From Hemiscyllium ocellatum (Eukaryota): DNA of 64,000 nt. Made by a program: the position numbers and the translations under genes. Below, piece by piece: positions 51,466 to 63,901 of this stretch. Location of the stretch: the NCBI RefSeq assembly GCF_020745735.1, contig NC_083409.1, forward strand, positions 85,022,048 to 85,086,047, written 5' to 3'. The notes beneath the pieces are model-generated. The model did not search any database. It was not told where the DNA came from and saw nothing but the letters and a program-made list of their open reading frames with translations. Each line of letters opens with the position of its first letter. Position 1 is the stretch's first letter.

Positions 51466-52928
51466 GTAAATATCAAATAAAGACATCTTTCAGTTTAGGC
51501 AATTAATATTAATGTCTGTTTTTAGGTAGGACAAAGCCAAAATTTTGTGAATACTGGATATCTGAAACACACACAGAGAATGCTGGAAAAACTCGGCAGG
51601 TATGGCAATATTTGTGGAGAGAGAAACTGAGCTAATGTCTCCAGTCCAGTGTGACATTGAACTGGGTTTTCTAGCATTCCCTGTGTTTGTTGTAGGTATG
51701 ACATCTTGTGTTCTAAAAATAGCCTCTCCAATGATTTGAGTAAACCTAGCACTTCTGGTCAAATGTTCATGTGATGTGGGCTGATATTTTAATAATGTTA
51801 TATTCATGACAGCTTCACACTAGACATTTTCAATGAATAAGCAACAGCCATGTCAAAATTATTTCCTACCTTTAGTTAATGTATGCACACTAGTGGTTTT
51901 GTCCCTGCTTTCTGGAGCTGTCTGAATACACTGGCAATTTACAATCTTCGTTTGTTAATGGCTTTGTGGTGAAATAGATCTGAGGATAACTTAGAAGCAA
52001 ACACTTTCCAAAGGATGTGAACGTAGGTCACAAGATGAACTGAGACTGTCCTGAGTGATGCTCCTGAGTCATCACAGAAGTTAAAATATTATCACATTAC
52101 ACAACATCTCCAATTTATCTTTTTGTTAACTCAGATTAACATGGACCAGGTTTCTGTATTTACAAGAGCTATTGAGTGTAAACAAATAGATTTTAATCAC
52201 AGATAAACAACAATGAACTATTGACACATAACTCTATCAATTAAAGCTCAACACATGCACACAGACAGACACAACCAAAAAATAACTATCGGTGGAGTGA
52301 AACACTTTATTAGCACTAGTCATCCGGATTTGATTGTTTGTTTAAGTTCTTTGTTTTTCTGATCATCTCCTTCATGTTCTTTCATTTCTTCATGAGAGTA
52401 CAGGGTGAACTAGTTCACAAATGAAGAAGTCTTTTACCAATTATAGCAATTGGTAAACAAAAACACCTAGTTTTCTTTAGCTTCAGGAATTTTATAGGGG
52501 TAAGAGATACCATCACCCCTTGCAATGTTCCAAGGCTTCTGCTTGAAGCATTCATAACCACAAGCTGTTTAGCTACCCAACAGTTAATCATAGAGTTGGC
52601 GTCAGGTTGATGACCTTTGGTATCATGACTGGCCACATTTCCACGAACCAATCAGCTGCTTGCTGCTGGTTGAATCTCACTTGGTACACATACACTGGTG
52701 TCATGCTGTCTACTTTTACTCCTTCCCCCGCTGCTTGCAAAGCAAGAATGTAAGCGCAACTTACAATGAGTTTCAGTAACTTTATAATTAAAAATACAAC
52801 AATTCCTTCCTAGGTCTTTCTTTTAAAAACCATCCTTTTCCCAGTTCAGAGTCTAAAGTGTGGTGCTGGAAAACTACAGCAGGTCAGGCAGCATCAGAGG
52901 AGCAGGTGAATTGACATTTCGGGCATAA

Positions 52929-54917
52929 TTATATCAAAATTAGGAAGAAGCTGGGAAACGTGGATTGGACGCAGCTATTTGAATGGAAGTCACATTTGAT
53001 ATGTGGGAGGCTTTCAAAGATAGTGCAGAATAGGCATTTCCCGTTGAAAGCAAACGACAGGAAAGGCGAGATTTGTGAACTGTGGATGATAGGAGAAATC
53101 TAGCCAAGAGGAAAAGGGAAGCATACATAAGGTCCAGGGCAGCTAAGAACAGAACGGTCCCTGGAGGAATATCTGGAGAGTAGGGCCAGTCTTAAACAAT
53201 TAATCAAGCAGGCTAAAAGGAGTCATGAAATCACCTAAGCAAGCAGAATTAAGGAGAATCCCAAAGCCTTTTATTCTTATATAAGAAGCAAGCGGGTAAC
53301 TAGAGAAAGGATTGGTCCACTAAAGGATAAGGAAGAAAGGCTATGTATCAAACCTGAGAAAATGGGTGAGATTCTGAATGATTACTTTGCATCAGTGTTC
53401 ACTGAGGAGAGGGACATGATGAATGTTGAGATTAGAGAAAGAAGTTGGATTACTCTGGATCACGTTGACAGAAGTAGGGGAGATGTGTTGGGTAGGCTAG
53501 AGGTTATTAAGGTGATAGGCAACATGGTTTTGTGCGGGGGAGATTGTGTGTCTTACCAACTTAATAGAGTTCTTCGAGGAAATGACCAAGTTGATAGATG
53601 AAGGAGGGGCTGTTGATGTCAAATACATGGACTTTAGTAAGGCGTTTGATAAGGTAAACTAGTGGAGAAAGTGAAGTCACATGGTGTGCAGGGTGTTCTA
53701 GCTAGGTGGATAAAGAACTGGTTGAGCAACAGGAGACCGAGAGTAGTAGTTGAAGGGAATTTCTCGAAATGGAGAAAGGCGACCAGTGTGTTCCTCAGGG
53801 GTCAGTATTGAGGCCACTGTTGTTTGTGATATACATAAATGATCTGGAAGAGGGCACTGTTGGTATGATCAGCAAGTTTGAGAATGACATGAAGATTGGT
53901 GGAGTAGCAGAAAGAGTAGGGGCCTATCAAAGAATACAGGAGAATATAGATAGACTGGAGAGTTGGGCAGAGAAGTGGTGGATGGAGTTCAATCCAGGCA
54001 AATGTGAGGTGATGCATTTTGGGAAGTCTAGAGCGAATTATATAGTAAACAGAAGAGCCTTGGGAAAAGTTGAGCAGATGGATCTGAAGGTTGGTGCACA
54101 GATGGATAGAGTGGTCAAGAAGGCCTATGGTATGGATGTGAGTTTTTTGTTTTCTGCCAAGCAGGGATAAAGATTTTTGCCTTCTAGAGATTAACTTTGG
54201 CTCTGTTCTCTTTTCAGGTTTATGGACCATTTATCTGTGATGTTTGGTGAGAACGTCCCCCCTTGGGATACAGAAAAAAAATATAAGCCTTCTTATAACT
54301 CGGGGCATTGAGTTATAAGAACTGGCAGGTCATGTTAAAATTGTAGAAAACATTGGTCTGGCTGTATTTACAATACTGTGTACAGTTCTGATCGCCACAT
54401 TACCAAAAGGATGTGGACGCTTTGGAGTGAAGGTTTATGAGGATGTTGCCTGGTATGGAAGATGCTACCTATGAAGAGAGGTTGAGTAGATTAGAATTGT
54501 TTTCATTAGAAAAAAAGATTGAGGGGGGACCTGATTGAGGTTTACAAAATCGTGAACCATATAGACAGGATAGATAGAGGTAAGCTTTTTCCCAGGGTGA
54601 AGGATTCAATAATGAGAGGTCATGCTTTCAAGGTGAGAGGTGAAATATTTAAGGAGGATACACGCGGCAAGTACTTTACACAGAGGCTGGTAGGTGCCTG
54701 GAATGTGTTGCCACCAGAGGTAATAGAAGCAGGCACGCTAGATTCATTTAAGATGCGTCTGGACAGATGCATGAGTAGGTGGGGAGGAGAGCAATAGTGA
54801 TACTTAGGAATTGGGCGACAGGTTTAGACAATGGATTTGGATCGGCTCAGGCTTGGAGGGCCGAAGGGCCTGTTCCTGGGCTGTAAATTTTCTTTGTTCT
54901 TCTTTCTTCTTTGTTCT
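52929..54917 (+). mobile_element. CR1 LINE (about 2 kb 3' fragment)
   Basis: MGEILNDYFASVFT, MDFSKAFDK, VPQGSVL.PLLFVIYINDL; tail (tctttgt); 4-bp TSD ataa. Confidence 0.9.
54131..54289 (+). pseudogene. Partial duplicate of TTC4 intron 7 end plus exon 8 (pseudo-exon) embedded in a CR1 LINE
   Basis: Near-identical to 55022-55179 (one 2-nt T-run indel, one substitution); includes acceptor AG at 54216-54217 but lacks the donor. Confidence 0.92.
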
Positions 54918-55107
54918 ATAAGCCCTTCATCAGGAATATCACTTTCTCCTCCTCTTCCCAGTTCAATCCACAATCAAGAATAAAGCAAAATAAAAAAGAT
55001 ATGATCTTTATAATATTGAATTATGGATGTGAGTTTTGTTTTCTGCCAAGCAGGGATAAAGATTTTTGCCTTCTAGAGATTTAACTTTGGCTCTGTTCTC
55101 TTTTCAG

Positions 55108-55192
55108 GTTTATGGACCATTTATCTGTGATGTTTGGTGAGAACGTCCCCCCTTGGGATACAGAAAAAATATATAAGCCAAACAATTTAGAG
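55108..55192 (+). CDS. TTC4: TTC4 exon 8
   Basis: FMDHLSVMFGENVPPWDTEKIYKPNNLE; ttttcAG acceptor, GT donor at 55193. Confidence 0.9.
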
Positions 55193-56677
55193 GTATTATT
55201 TGAACTGGATTTAAGAATGTTATCCTGAATGAAAAATGAGAAAGTGGAGGAAACTGTCTCCAACATGTTAGCAAGCTCTCACAAAATTAGTTTTCATTCA
55301 TTCTGATGCCCTTTGCGAAATAACTCAGAAAACAAATCAACACCTCATTTCCCTTCATTTTTGAGTAGAGCAGAAACATTTATTCCTGGTGAACTCGCCT
55401 TCAGCACTGGTAATTTTAAAGTGATATGTTTCAGTCTGACAGCCATTATTTGTCGCAGTACCTCTGTTTGAAGAAGATGATAGTTTTAAAAGTACAAAAC
55501 TGATAGATTTGAGTGGGGGTAACAAAGTTATTCACAAATTGGTGGAGCCCATAATCACTACCTTCTAGAAGGACATATTTATGTAAGTTCCCCTCCAAAC
55601 CAGTCACCACCCTGACTTGAAAATATATTGCCGTTCCTTCAATGTCTTTGGGACAAAACTCTGAAATTAGCTCCCTCGTGGCATTGTGGGTTTACCTGCA
55701 GTAGTTCAGGAGGCATTATAATGACCACCTTCTCAAGGGGAACCAGGGACAAGCAATAAATGCTGGCAGAGCCAACAACACCCATGTCCCACAAGCGAAT
55801 ACAAAAACGTACATTCAATTACATGAATCAGCCATACTTCTTCAATACCGTGCCTCTAAAATGGAGTTTGTAAGGTATACAGGCAGCATTCCCTCTGGCT
55901 GCCTTAGCCTCCGAAGCTTGTGCATGGCAGTGACTTCAGACGTTTTTGCAGACGGCTGTTTGTGAAACATTGGTGAACTTAGAGAGACATTGGATGTAGG
56001 AGACAATTGATATTTTTTGGTGCAAGGAAGCATTTGCTCTTCTAAGTGTTTGCTGCATGCAACCATTGTTCTGGTCTGGTTGGTGTGATGAGTCCAGACT
56101 GATGTATGTATAATTTGATGAAATGTGAGATTTTGAAGCAAAGCATTCTTATTACATCTGACATACTGCTATAAAAGAGCACATCAGGGCATTGCAGACT
56201 AAGTATAAAAGTTGTGACTAGTTAGTTTGCATAAATGTTACCCCACCGTTTGTTAAACACACTTCTAAATGTGAGACAGGCAAGGTACAACACAGCTTAC
56301 AACTGCATTGTAAAACAGGAAAATCTTTAGCCTTGAATTTTTATTTCCATTTGGGAGGTTTTAACCACAACTTACTGAACAATTTAAATTGATTTCAATA
56401 ATCTGTATTTCAGGATATTGTAATCCATTCTAGAATCCATATTGATTCTTACACTACTTCATTATTACACAAAAATCCATTTATCTTGAAGTGCAGGTTT
56501 TTGAAGTGGAGACGATAATAAGATGGAGAAAGGAATACTTGGTTTTTCTGTTGTAGAATCTTACTATTCTCTGTTGTAGTAATCAAGAGCAAACAAACTG
56601 AAATATTTTTGGTAATTATTTAAAACATAAATAAAAAGATACTTTTTGTTAATCAATTTGCTCTTTTGTGCCTACAG

Positions 56678-56760
56678 CTATATTTTGAAGGTGAGCAAAG
56701 AGAGGATCTGTTCCGGGTAGATCCCATGTGCAGTCTGCGCCAGATTCTGAGCCATGATAG
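56678..56760 (+). CDS. TTC4: TTC4 exon 9
   Basis: LYFEGEQREDLFRVDPMCSLRQILSHD(R); GTGAG donor. Confidence 0.9.
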
Positions 56761-59312
56761 GTGAGCAGAATGGTTGTTGATTTCAATTCCTGCTGTTCCT
56801 TTGACTTAGCTAGTTGGAGAACTACCACTTTTATATGAAATGGATTGTACCATCTTTAAAGCCATTTGTTTGGATATTGTAAAAAAGACATAAGCTTTTT
56901 GTGAATGTTATAATTCACTCAGATTGTGCTTTGCTGTGGCACCATTCACTTTTATGTGTATGTTGCAGCCGAAAGCAATTAATAGTGATGTTTGAGCTTC
57001 CTATGTTCTTACTGTATCATGAACTAACAGAAATCTCACTTATTATTACTGTATGCCATTCACATAATTTGGAGGATTTGCAAGTTGTTACTTGATCTAT
57101 TTGGCCATGCTATGACTGTATATATCTTCCTTGGTCTTATAGAGCTGGAGGAGGACATGAACCCAGAACTTCTGGTTCAGAAACAGTGATGTCACCTACA
57201 GTGCCGCAGGACCACCTTTGCATGTTCCATAAAAATCTATCATTATTTTTAAAAAGCCATTGCAGGCTGGGAAGGATTGCCAGTTACAGCATTTGTTTTT
57301 TTAATCTCTTAGACAAATCAACCTTAAACAACTTCTGGTCTGAGCACTCAGGTGAAGTGGATTTGGACAGTATCACTTCATATTTCTTTCTTCACCAACT
57401 CCTGCCTGGCCTACACATAATTCATTTTAGACTGAAAACGTAGCACAGTGTGAATGCCAACACATTGTTCTGAGGCTGGGAAGATTCTGCCCGATGTGAG
57501 AAAGTTAGGAAGATCAGGTGAGAGCAAGTAGCTTCTCAACGTTGAGACCAAAAAATCTCATTTTCCAACCCTGTAGTGAATGGCAAGATGAGATTCTCAC
57601 TACAGAATTGAGAAGCATTGTAGCATTCATCAAAATCTTTCATTATTACTTAGTCTTCCCTTTTTACTATGCAGTTCCCATTCTGCTACCACTGGTTAGA
57701 ACTCAGAGGTAAGACTCCCCAACTGCAGTGAGTAATTCACCTCCTAACTCTCCAAAGATTGTCCATCATCTCCAAGGCACAAGTCAAGAGTTTAATGAAG
57801 TACTCCCCATTACTCCAGAAGCTTGACTCCATCCAGGAAAATGCAGCATGCTCGATTGGCAATTCATCCAAAAGTATCCACTCACTTTACCACCAATGCT
57901 CGGTAGCACCAACATGTACCATCTACAAGATACAATGCAGAAATTCACCAGAGATCCCCAGGCAAACCCACAACCACTTCCATCTAGAAGGACAAGGACA
58001 ACAGTTACATTGGAACGCCATCACCAGCAAGTTTCTCTGAGCCACTCGCCATCCTGGCTTGGAAATATATCACCGTTCCTTCCCTGTTGTTGGGTCAAAA
58101 TCCTGGAATTCCCTCCCCATCAGCATTAGGGGTCAACCTACAGCATGTGGACTGTAGCAGTTTGAGAAGGCAGCTCATTGCCACCTTCTCGAGCAACTAG
58201 GGATGGGCAGTAAATGTTGGCCAGCCAGTGATGGCCATATCCCACAAGTGATTACAAAACCCATGGAAGTCAGAGTAGTTACCAGGCCACTTGCGCTTGA
58301 TGCTTGTTCCTCTGGACGACGTCAGTCTTCCTCCTGCACAATGTGCAAGACTGCATGTGCTTCCAACAAACAGCCATGACTCCAAGTCAAATGGGAGTAG
58401 TCCTCAGTCAAGGCAAGGGAAATGGGTTCCTGATGCAATAAATCAGCAGCAGCCTCCGCTATCATTCCAGGGTCTTGGACATAGTTCTCAGCTGTTCAGG
58501 GTAATCACGGTCAGGGGATCCGGTCTAGGAGTAAGTAATGGTCAACCTATGGGCTCAGTGCACCCAGTCCAGGGAGTCACAGGACGACAGGTAGGGATCT
58601 GTACATATATTAGTTAGAGGTATGGTCACTCATCATTTGGAGCTGTCCATCGAAGTCTCTCAACGGGGTGAGTCACTGTCAAGTCCTGGGAGGTCCGTTC
58701 GTTAAAAGCCAGTGGAGGGTGAAGAGATATTCTTTGAGGCCAATGTTACGAGATTGAAGCTACAGAACTTAGTTTGACTGGTAATTGGTGGCAACATGCA
58801 GAAAGTAGATGTTGGAGGGAGATAGGGTGTTGGTAGTTGACAGTCAGCAGAAGCCTGACTTCTATCAGGTGGGGGTGGCATGCACTCCCATTTCTGGCAT
58901 GGTTACTGGAACTGAGGATGTAAAATGGAGAGATGAAGATTAAGATGGACTGGTTGGGTGGGGACCTAGGGATGTTCAAAACCTGTAGGATTGATGGGCA
59001 GAGGCACCAAAAAAAAGGAATTGACATTTGAGGCTTCACCAAGGATAGGAAGCTGAGCTTGAGACTCATTGTTTAGAATGGCATCATGGTCGTCACAGAC
59101 ACGGTGGGTCAAACAGCCTGTATCAGTGCTGTACCCTTCTATGTTCATTGTGTGAAGAGCAACTTCAGATAGACAATAGATCTTAAGTGTGGCAAGTGGA
59201 GCTGAAAGTAGCTGTCACCACACTTGGAGTGGGTGAGTTAAGTGTTTTGCTTCACAATCCACTAAAGCTGACAGCACACAGTGCTCACACAGGTCTATAT
59301 GAACCTTAGACA

Positions 59313-59624
59313 TTAGATTAGATTAGACTTACAGTGTGGAAACAGGCCCTTCGGCCCAACAAGTCCACACCGACCCGCCGAAGCGAAACCCACCCATACC
59401 CCTACATTACCCCTTACCTAACACTACGGGCAATTTAGCATGGCCAATTCACCTGACCCGCACATCTTTGGACTGTGGGAGGAAACCGGAGCACCCGGAG
59501 GAAACCCACGCAGACACGGGGAGAACGTGCAAACTCCACACAGTCAGTCGCCTGAGTCGGGAATTGAACCCAGGTCTTCAGGCGCTGTGAGGCAGCAGTG
59601 CTAACCACTGTGCCACCGTGCCGC
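59313..59624 (-). mobile_element. HE1/V-SINE-type SINE (young copy)
   Basis: Full-length reverse complement with (ttaga)n tail. Confidence 0.87.
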
Positions 59625-61031
59625 CTGTTCAGTCCAAATTCTTCTCCAAACATTCTTGACCAGGTAACAGCTATGATGCTCTAGCCTTGTTTTGTGGGCT
59701 GAATTCCTTAATGCCATTTGCCAAATTAACAATCATCTGCCAGTACCCAGAAGCTACTCACTTCTAAAGTTCTGTACCTTCAATGCTGAAGTTCCAACCA
59801 GACAGACATTTGCACACACAACTGATGACGAAATTTGAATATGCATTCATAAATATAATGTATTTTCAGTGAAGTGTCACCTGTTGAGGTCATCTTCCTT
59901 CTTTGCATGACAGTTAAGTGCAGTCCAGGGTTCCACAACTGGGATGGAGGGAGCCTGCCCACATTGGAGCCCACCAGCCTTGGTGGTTTGGTATTGTGTT
60001 TAGAGCACCCAGACATGCTGAGTGCCCCCCACCACTCAGAAGCAAGGCCACCCTCCCCAGCTTGAATTCCTGGAGTTCTGAGGGTGCCAGGCAATGTGAG
60101 GGTAGAAGGCCAAGTTCCGTCTGGAGTGTCCTAAGGGGAGTCCTGTGTGGGCCCTCCTCTGGCTAGCATCACCATGTCCCTTTGTGAGAAAGCAACACCT
60201 GGGGTGTACTCAGTCACCTTGCTGCCCTGTCACTATACCATTGCTGCTGCGTACCAAATGGATGGAGTGATAGAGTGCAGACCTGTGAGACTGTCCAGCA
60301 GATCTGCCTATGCTAGATCTAGCTCTCCATGGCAGCTGCCCATGGAGGCAGCAGTGTGGCAATGGTTTTGCTGTAGTCCTATAAAATCTGTGTTAGGTTA
60401 CCCTGTGTCCCTGGCAAACCTGCCTGCTGTTCCCATGTTTGCTTGTGCATTTCAATGAAATTGCTAGTAGCCAACACTATAGGGTCCTCTTCTGCTTTGC
60501 AGGTTCCTGGTCTCCAGCAGTCCTCCGGAGTCCCAACAAGCTGGGACATTTCTTCCTTGGCAGTCTACAGCGATGTGGCAGGGATATGCTCATCAGCCAG
60601 TGCTCCCAACCCTAAATTTCACTAACGTACCCACTGAGGTGTTCAATATCAGACCTAGTGGTGGGTGCAGGGCCAGTCTTGCTGGACGTCCTCAGAGATC
60701 TGTGCTCTCTTCCTCAATTGATAGAAGAGGACATACCTTACAATTGCCATCCTCTTGACTGCAGAGAACAGACTAATGCTACTGGTACTACAGGAGACAA
60801 AAGAATCCTTTGTGAACAAATTCTGGCATGTTAAGGATTCATTCACATTGTGGATAATGGGAACGTAGAGCAGCATTGGACAGTGCTTCTTACTTGGTTG
60901 GCCAGGACATGGATGTTTGTGTGTCCCCATATGACTGGTCCCACTCCTCATTTAGATCATTGTTCCTTTTATTCCATAAAAGTGGATGTTGTTTGATATT
61001 AATTCATACTTCTTTGAATCCTTGTATCCAG

Positions 61032-61131
61032 GTATATTGTGAAGGCTGGAAACCCGAGAATCATAATTCTAGTAAGAGATTCATCATTCTCCAAAGAGTT
61101 TCTATCAGGAAAGAAGCTCCAAGTCAGTTAA
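61032..61131 (+). CDS. TTC4: TTC4 last exon (10)
   Basis: YIVKAGNPRIIILVRDSSFSKEFLSGKKLQVS*; the ten exons sum to 1176 nt (391 aa plus stop); AATAAA at 61210 and 61252. Confidence 0.88.
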
Positions 61132-63089
61132 GATAATACAGAGTTGGCAGCAACTGTGGATAAAGTAGTTATCATTTCTAATTCTATATGACTGTTCAAA
61201 GTTTATTCTAATAAATTGTGTTATCTTAATGAATGTTGGTGTGCGATCAACAATAAATAGTTTATTTAGAAAAACATGGACATTAATACCATATTTGAAA
61301 ACCATACACAAATGTGAGAACAAATGATCTGATCACATCTCATCATTATCATTGAATGAGTGCTCTCCAGACAATACTGTACTCCCTTGGTGCTGCTCAG
61401 GATTGCCTTCTACATTTTATTCTCAAGCTGAAGATTCCAAACAATTGTTTTCACTCCAGTTTATTACCCAATTGCAGTGAGAACAAACAGGTCACAGAAA
61501 CAGACAGAATGGTGGTGGTCCTGTGTGGAACTTGACAGCAACGGCAGCAAGATTGCAAAGAGCATAGAGTGTAGGGGACTCAGGAGCTGCAGTTGTGAGG
61601 TTGTAAGAAGGGAGATTGGAGAAATTCCAGAAGCTTACAGATTGGTGGCAAAACTACTTTTCAAAGTCAAAATGTGACAGCTTGAAGGGTAGAATAAAAG
61701 TGCAAAACGCTCATATTCTGAGAAAAGCCACTACAAATTTTCCACCATCTCAGAAGTTATCCATTTACTGTTACAAAATTGGTTGAGTGATAGGAAATAG
61801 GGTATTTACATTAATACATTGCCACACAGTTGTAAACACCTGGTCATCCACATCCACCATATCAACAGCATCACTCTCATTCAGCCTTGCTGTAGCGTCT
61901 TGAAAACATTCCAGATTAGTTAAACATGACTTCCCCTTTAGAAATCCAATTCCTAATCAATCCATTTTTTTCCATGTGATTACTATTTCTGTCACAAATC
62001 AATTATGTCTAGATGTTTCCCCACTACCAAAGTTCAACTAACTTCACATCAGGTAACTATGGCTGATTTCCTTCCCTAAAAAAAAGGGCAGCGTGAACCA
62101 GATGGGTTTTTACAGTGATCGACAGCTGTTATATGTCACCATTTGGCTTGTTCTCTAACTCAGACTTTTTAAAAAAAAATTTGAATTCCAACACAGTAGA
62201 TAGTAAAATTTAAAAGTATGTCCCAGGAACATTGGACAATACAGCACTGTTAACTCAAAGAAAATTAGCTATTCTTATTTTGTCTGACCTACGTGTGACT
62301 TCAGACCTACAAGTACTGTGTAGGAGTTTTAGTTGCCCTCGAGTGAGAAATGCAGGCATTACATTCCCTGAAATGACAGAGCAAACCACTTGATGCAAGG
62401 ACAATGAAGAATGGGCAACTAATTCTGGCCTTGCCAGTGATACCTTCATCACAAAGAACAAAATTAATATAAAAACCATAAGCCATCAAGAGTACATGAA
62501 AAACAAACTAGAGAAGTGCAATAATGGAAAGGGTGACAAAATATTCTTTATCAACATTGGAAAATCATTAGTGTTTTTGATACAATACATTCAATCTACA
62601 TCTTATACAAAATTATACGTACACATGAATGCCCTAAAAAGTTATGTACTGTTATCAAATTGGTATGATGTACATTAAAATTTTTTGGATAAAAGAATTA
62701 AGAGTTGGACTAGTGTGGGACACGGTTTTGAATTTTGGGACTAGACATATGGATCACAAATCTCTTCTAGTGTTCTAAGTTCCTAGAAAAGTTATTTATA
62801 ACCTGTTCTAATTTCACATACATCAGATTCAGGCTAACAAAGAGTCCATCTAATAACAGGATTCTCATTGACAAAGAGCATATAAAAATTAATTCACAAT
62901 TAATATATACACTGGCAAATTCCCCTTGGCTGTACTCAAAGATCCCATTGCGGAGCTCCTAAACTTTATTCAATCACAATTTGTGGATATGGAAAAGTAT
63001 GACAGCCTATTTACACATATGCATTATAACACAGGGTAAACTACAGTAAGTCAAACTATAATAGAACTAAACATTTCCCACCCTAAAAA

Positions 63090-63330
63090 AAATAAAAGTA
63101 CTGCTGGAAATCGGAAACAAAACCAGAAATCGCTGGAGAAATTTAGCATGTCTGGCAGCATCGATGGAGAGAGAGTCAACATTTTGGGTCCAGTGGCCCT
63201 TAAAGATTGGAGAGAAAGCAGAATCAATGTTTAAGGGTCACTAGACCCAAAACATTGACACTTTCTCTCCATAGATGCTGCCAGACCTGCTGAGATTCTC
63301 CTGCTATTTCAGTTTTTGTTTCAGATTTAT
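63090..63330. mobile_element. Inverted-repeat PLE-end derivative (decayed)
   Basis: Arms ...tctggcagcatcgatggagag..tttgggtccagtggccctt / aagggtcactagacccaaaac..ctccatagatgctgccaga; cacccta direct repeat flanks. Confidence 0.6.
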
Positions 63331-63598
63331 CACCCTAGACTTGTCTTTGCTAATGAATATCAACAGCGATGCTTCAAATTTAAAATTTTCTACTTGCCAC
63401 TGATTTTTGTTCTAAAATATTGCAAATAATAGCATGAACACTTTTAAAAATGCATAATTATTGGAGAGATCATACTGGATTTAATGTCCACCGTCAGACA
63501 ATACAACAAAATAGTTTACTTTTCAGCCTTCCATTATTTGTAAATGAAGTTTTCACCATTCAACACTGAGCCTTTAAAATATTGTACTGAAAACACTT

Positions 63599-63901
63599 TC
63601 ATAATGTGGATAAATTGGCTGCCATGTAGTACAAACTTATCCCATTACAGATGATGCAACACAGATTGCATAAAGAGGAAGTATTGTGATACAGGGTTAG
63701 TTGATGTGAAAACTTCTTGTATTTGGGGTTACTCTCCTTCAGCTTGTTATAAGCCTCTCTGTTGGTTGACAATCCAATATCCTTCCCCAGTCCACAGCTC
63801 TGTTCAATCAGATGCATATCAGCCATGATTTCAGAAGTTATCTTACCAAACCATTGTGCATTGAGCCCAGCAACAGTCACACAGATGAAAAGAACAATAA
63901 T
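63599..63901 (-). CDS. TMEM205: TMEM205-like transmembrane protein, last coding exon (rest of gene lies beyond the window)
   Basis: Minus-strand ttttcttacAG acceptor; LNAQWF...IEQSCGLGKDIG...YNKLKESNPKY...YHNTSSLCNLCC resembles the TMEM205 C-terminus (NARWL..VEKERGLG..YRQLREKDPKY..YHGLSSLCNL); may be a paralog. Confidence 0.75.
   Translation of the reverse strand: MIVLFICVTVAGLNAQWFGKITSEIMADMHLIEQSCGLGKDIGLSTNREAYNKLKESNPKYKKFSHQLTLYHNTSSLCNLCCIICNGISLYYMAANLSTL

Larger units (their letters stand above)
52849..54949. mobile_element. Short PLE derivative split by a CR1 insertion
   Basis: TSD tccttttcccagttca (52833-52848) / tcctcttcccagttca (54950-54965); hammerhead halves at 52911-52928 and 54918-54938. 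Confidence 0.75.

Noticed and set aside
58270-60800. GC-richer intronic block with many short ORFs, possibly a Harbinger-type DNA transposon remnant
   Set aside because: No convincing transposase motifs or TIRs could be read by eye; needs a Dfam/Repbase search.
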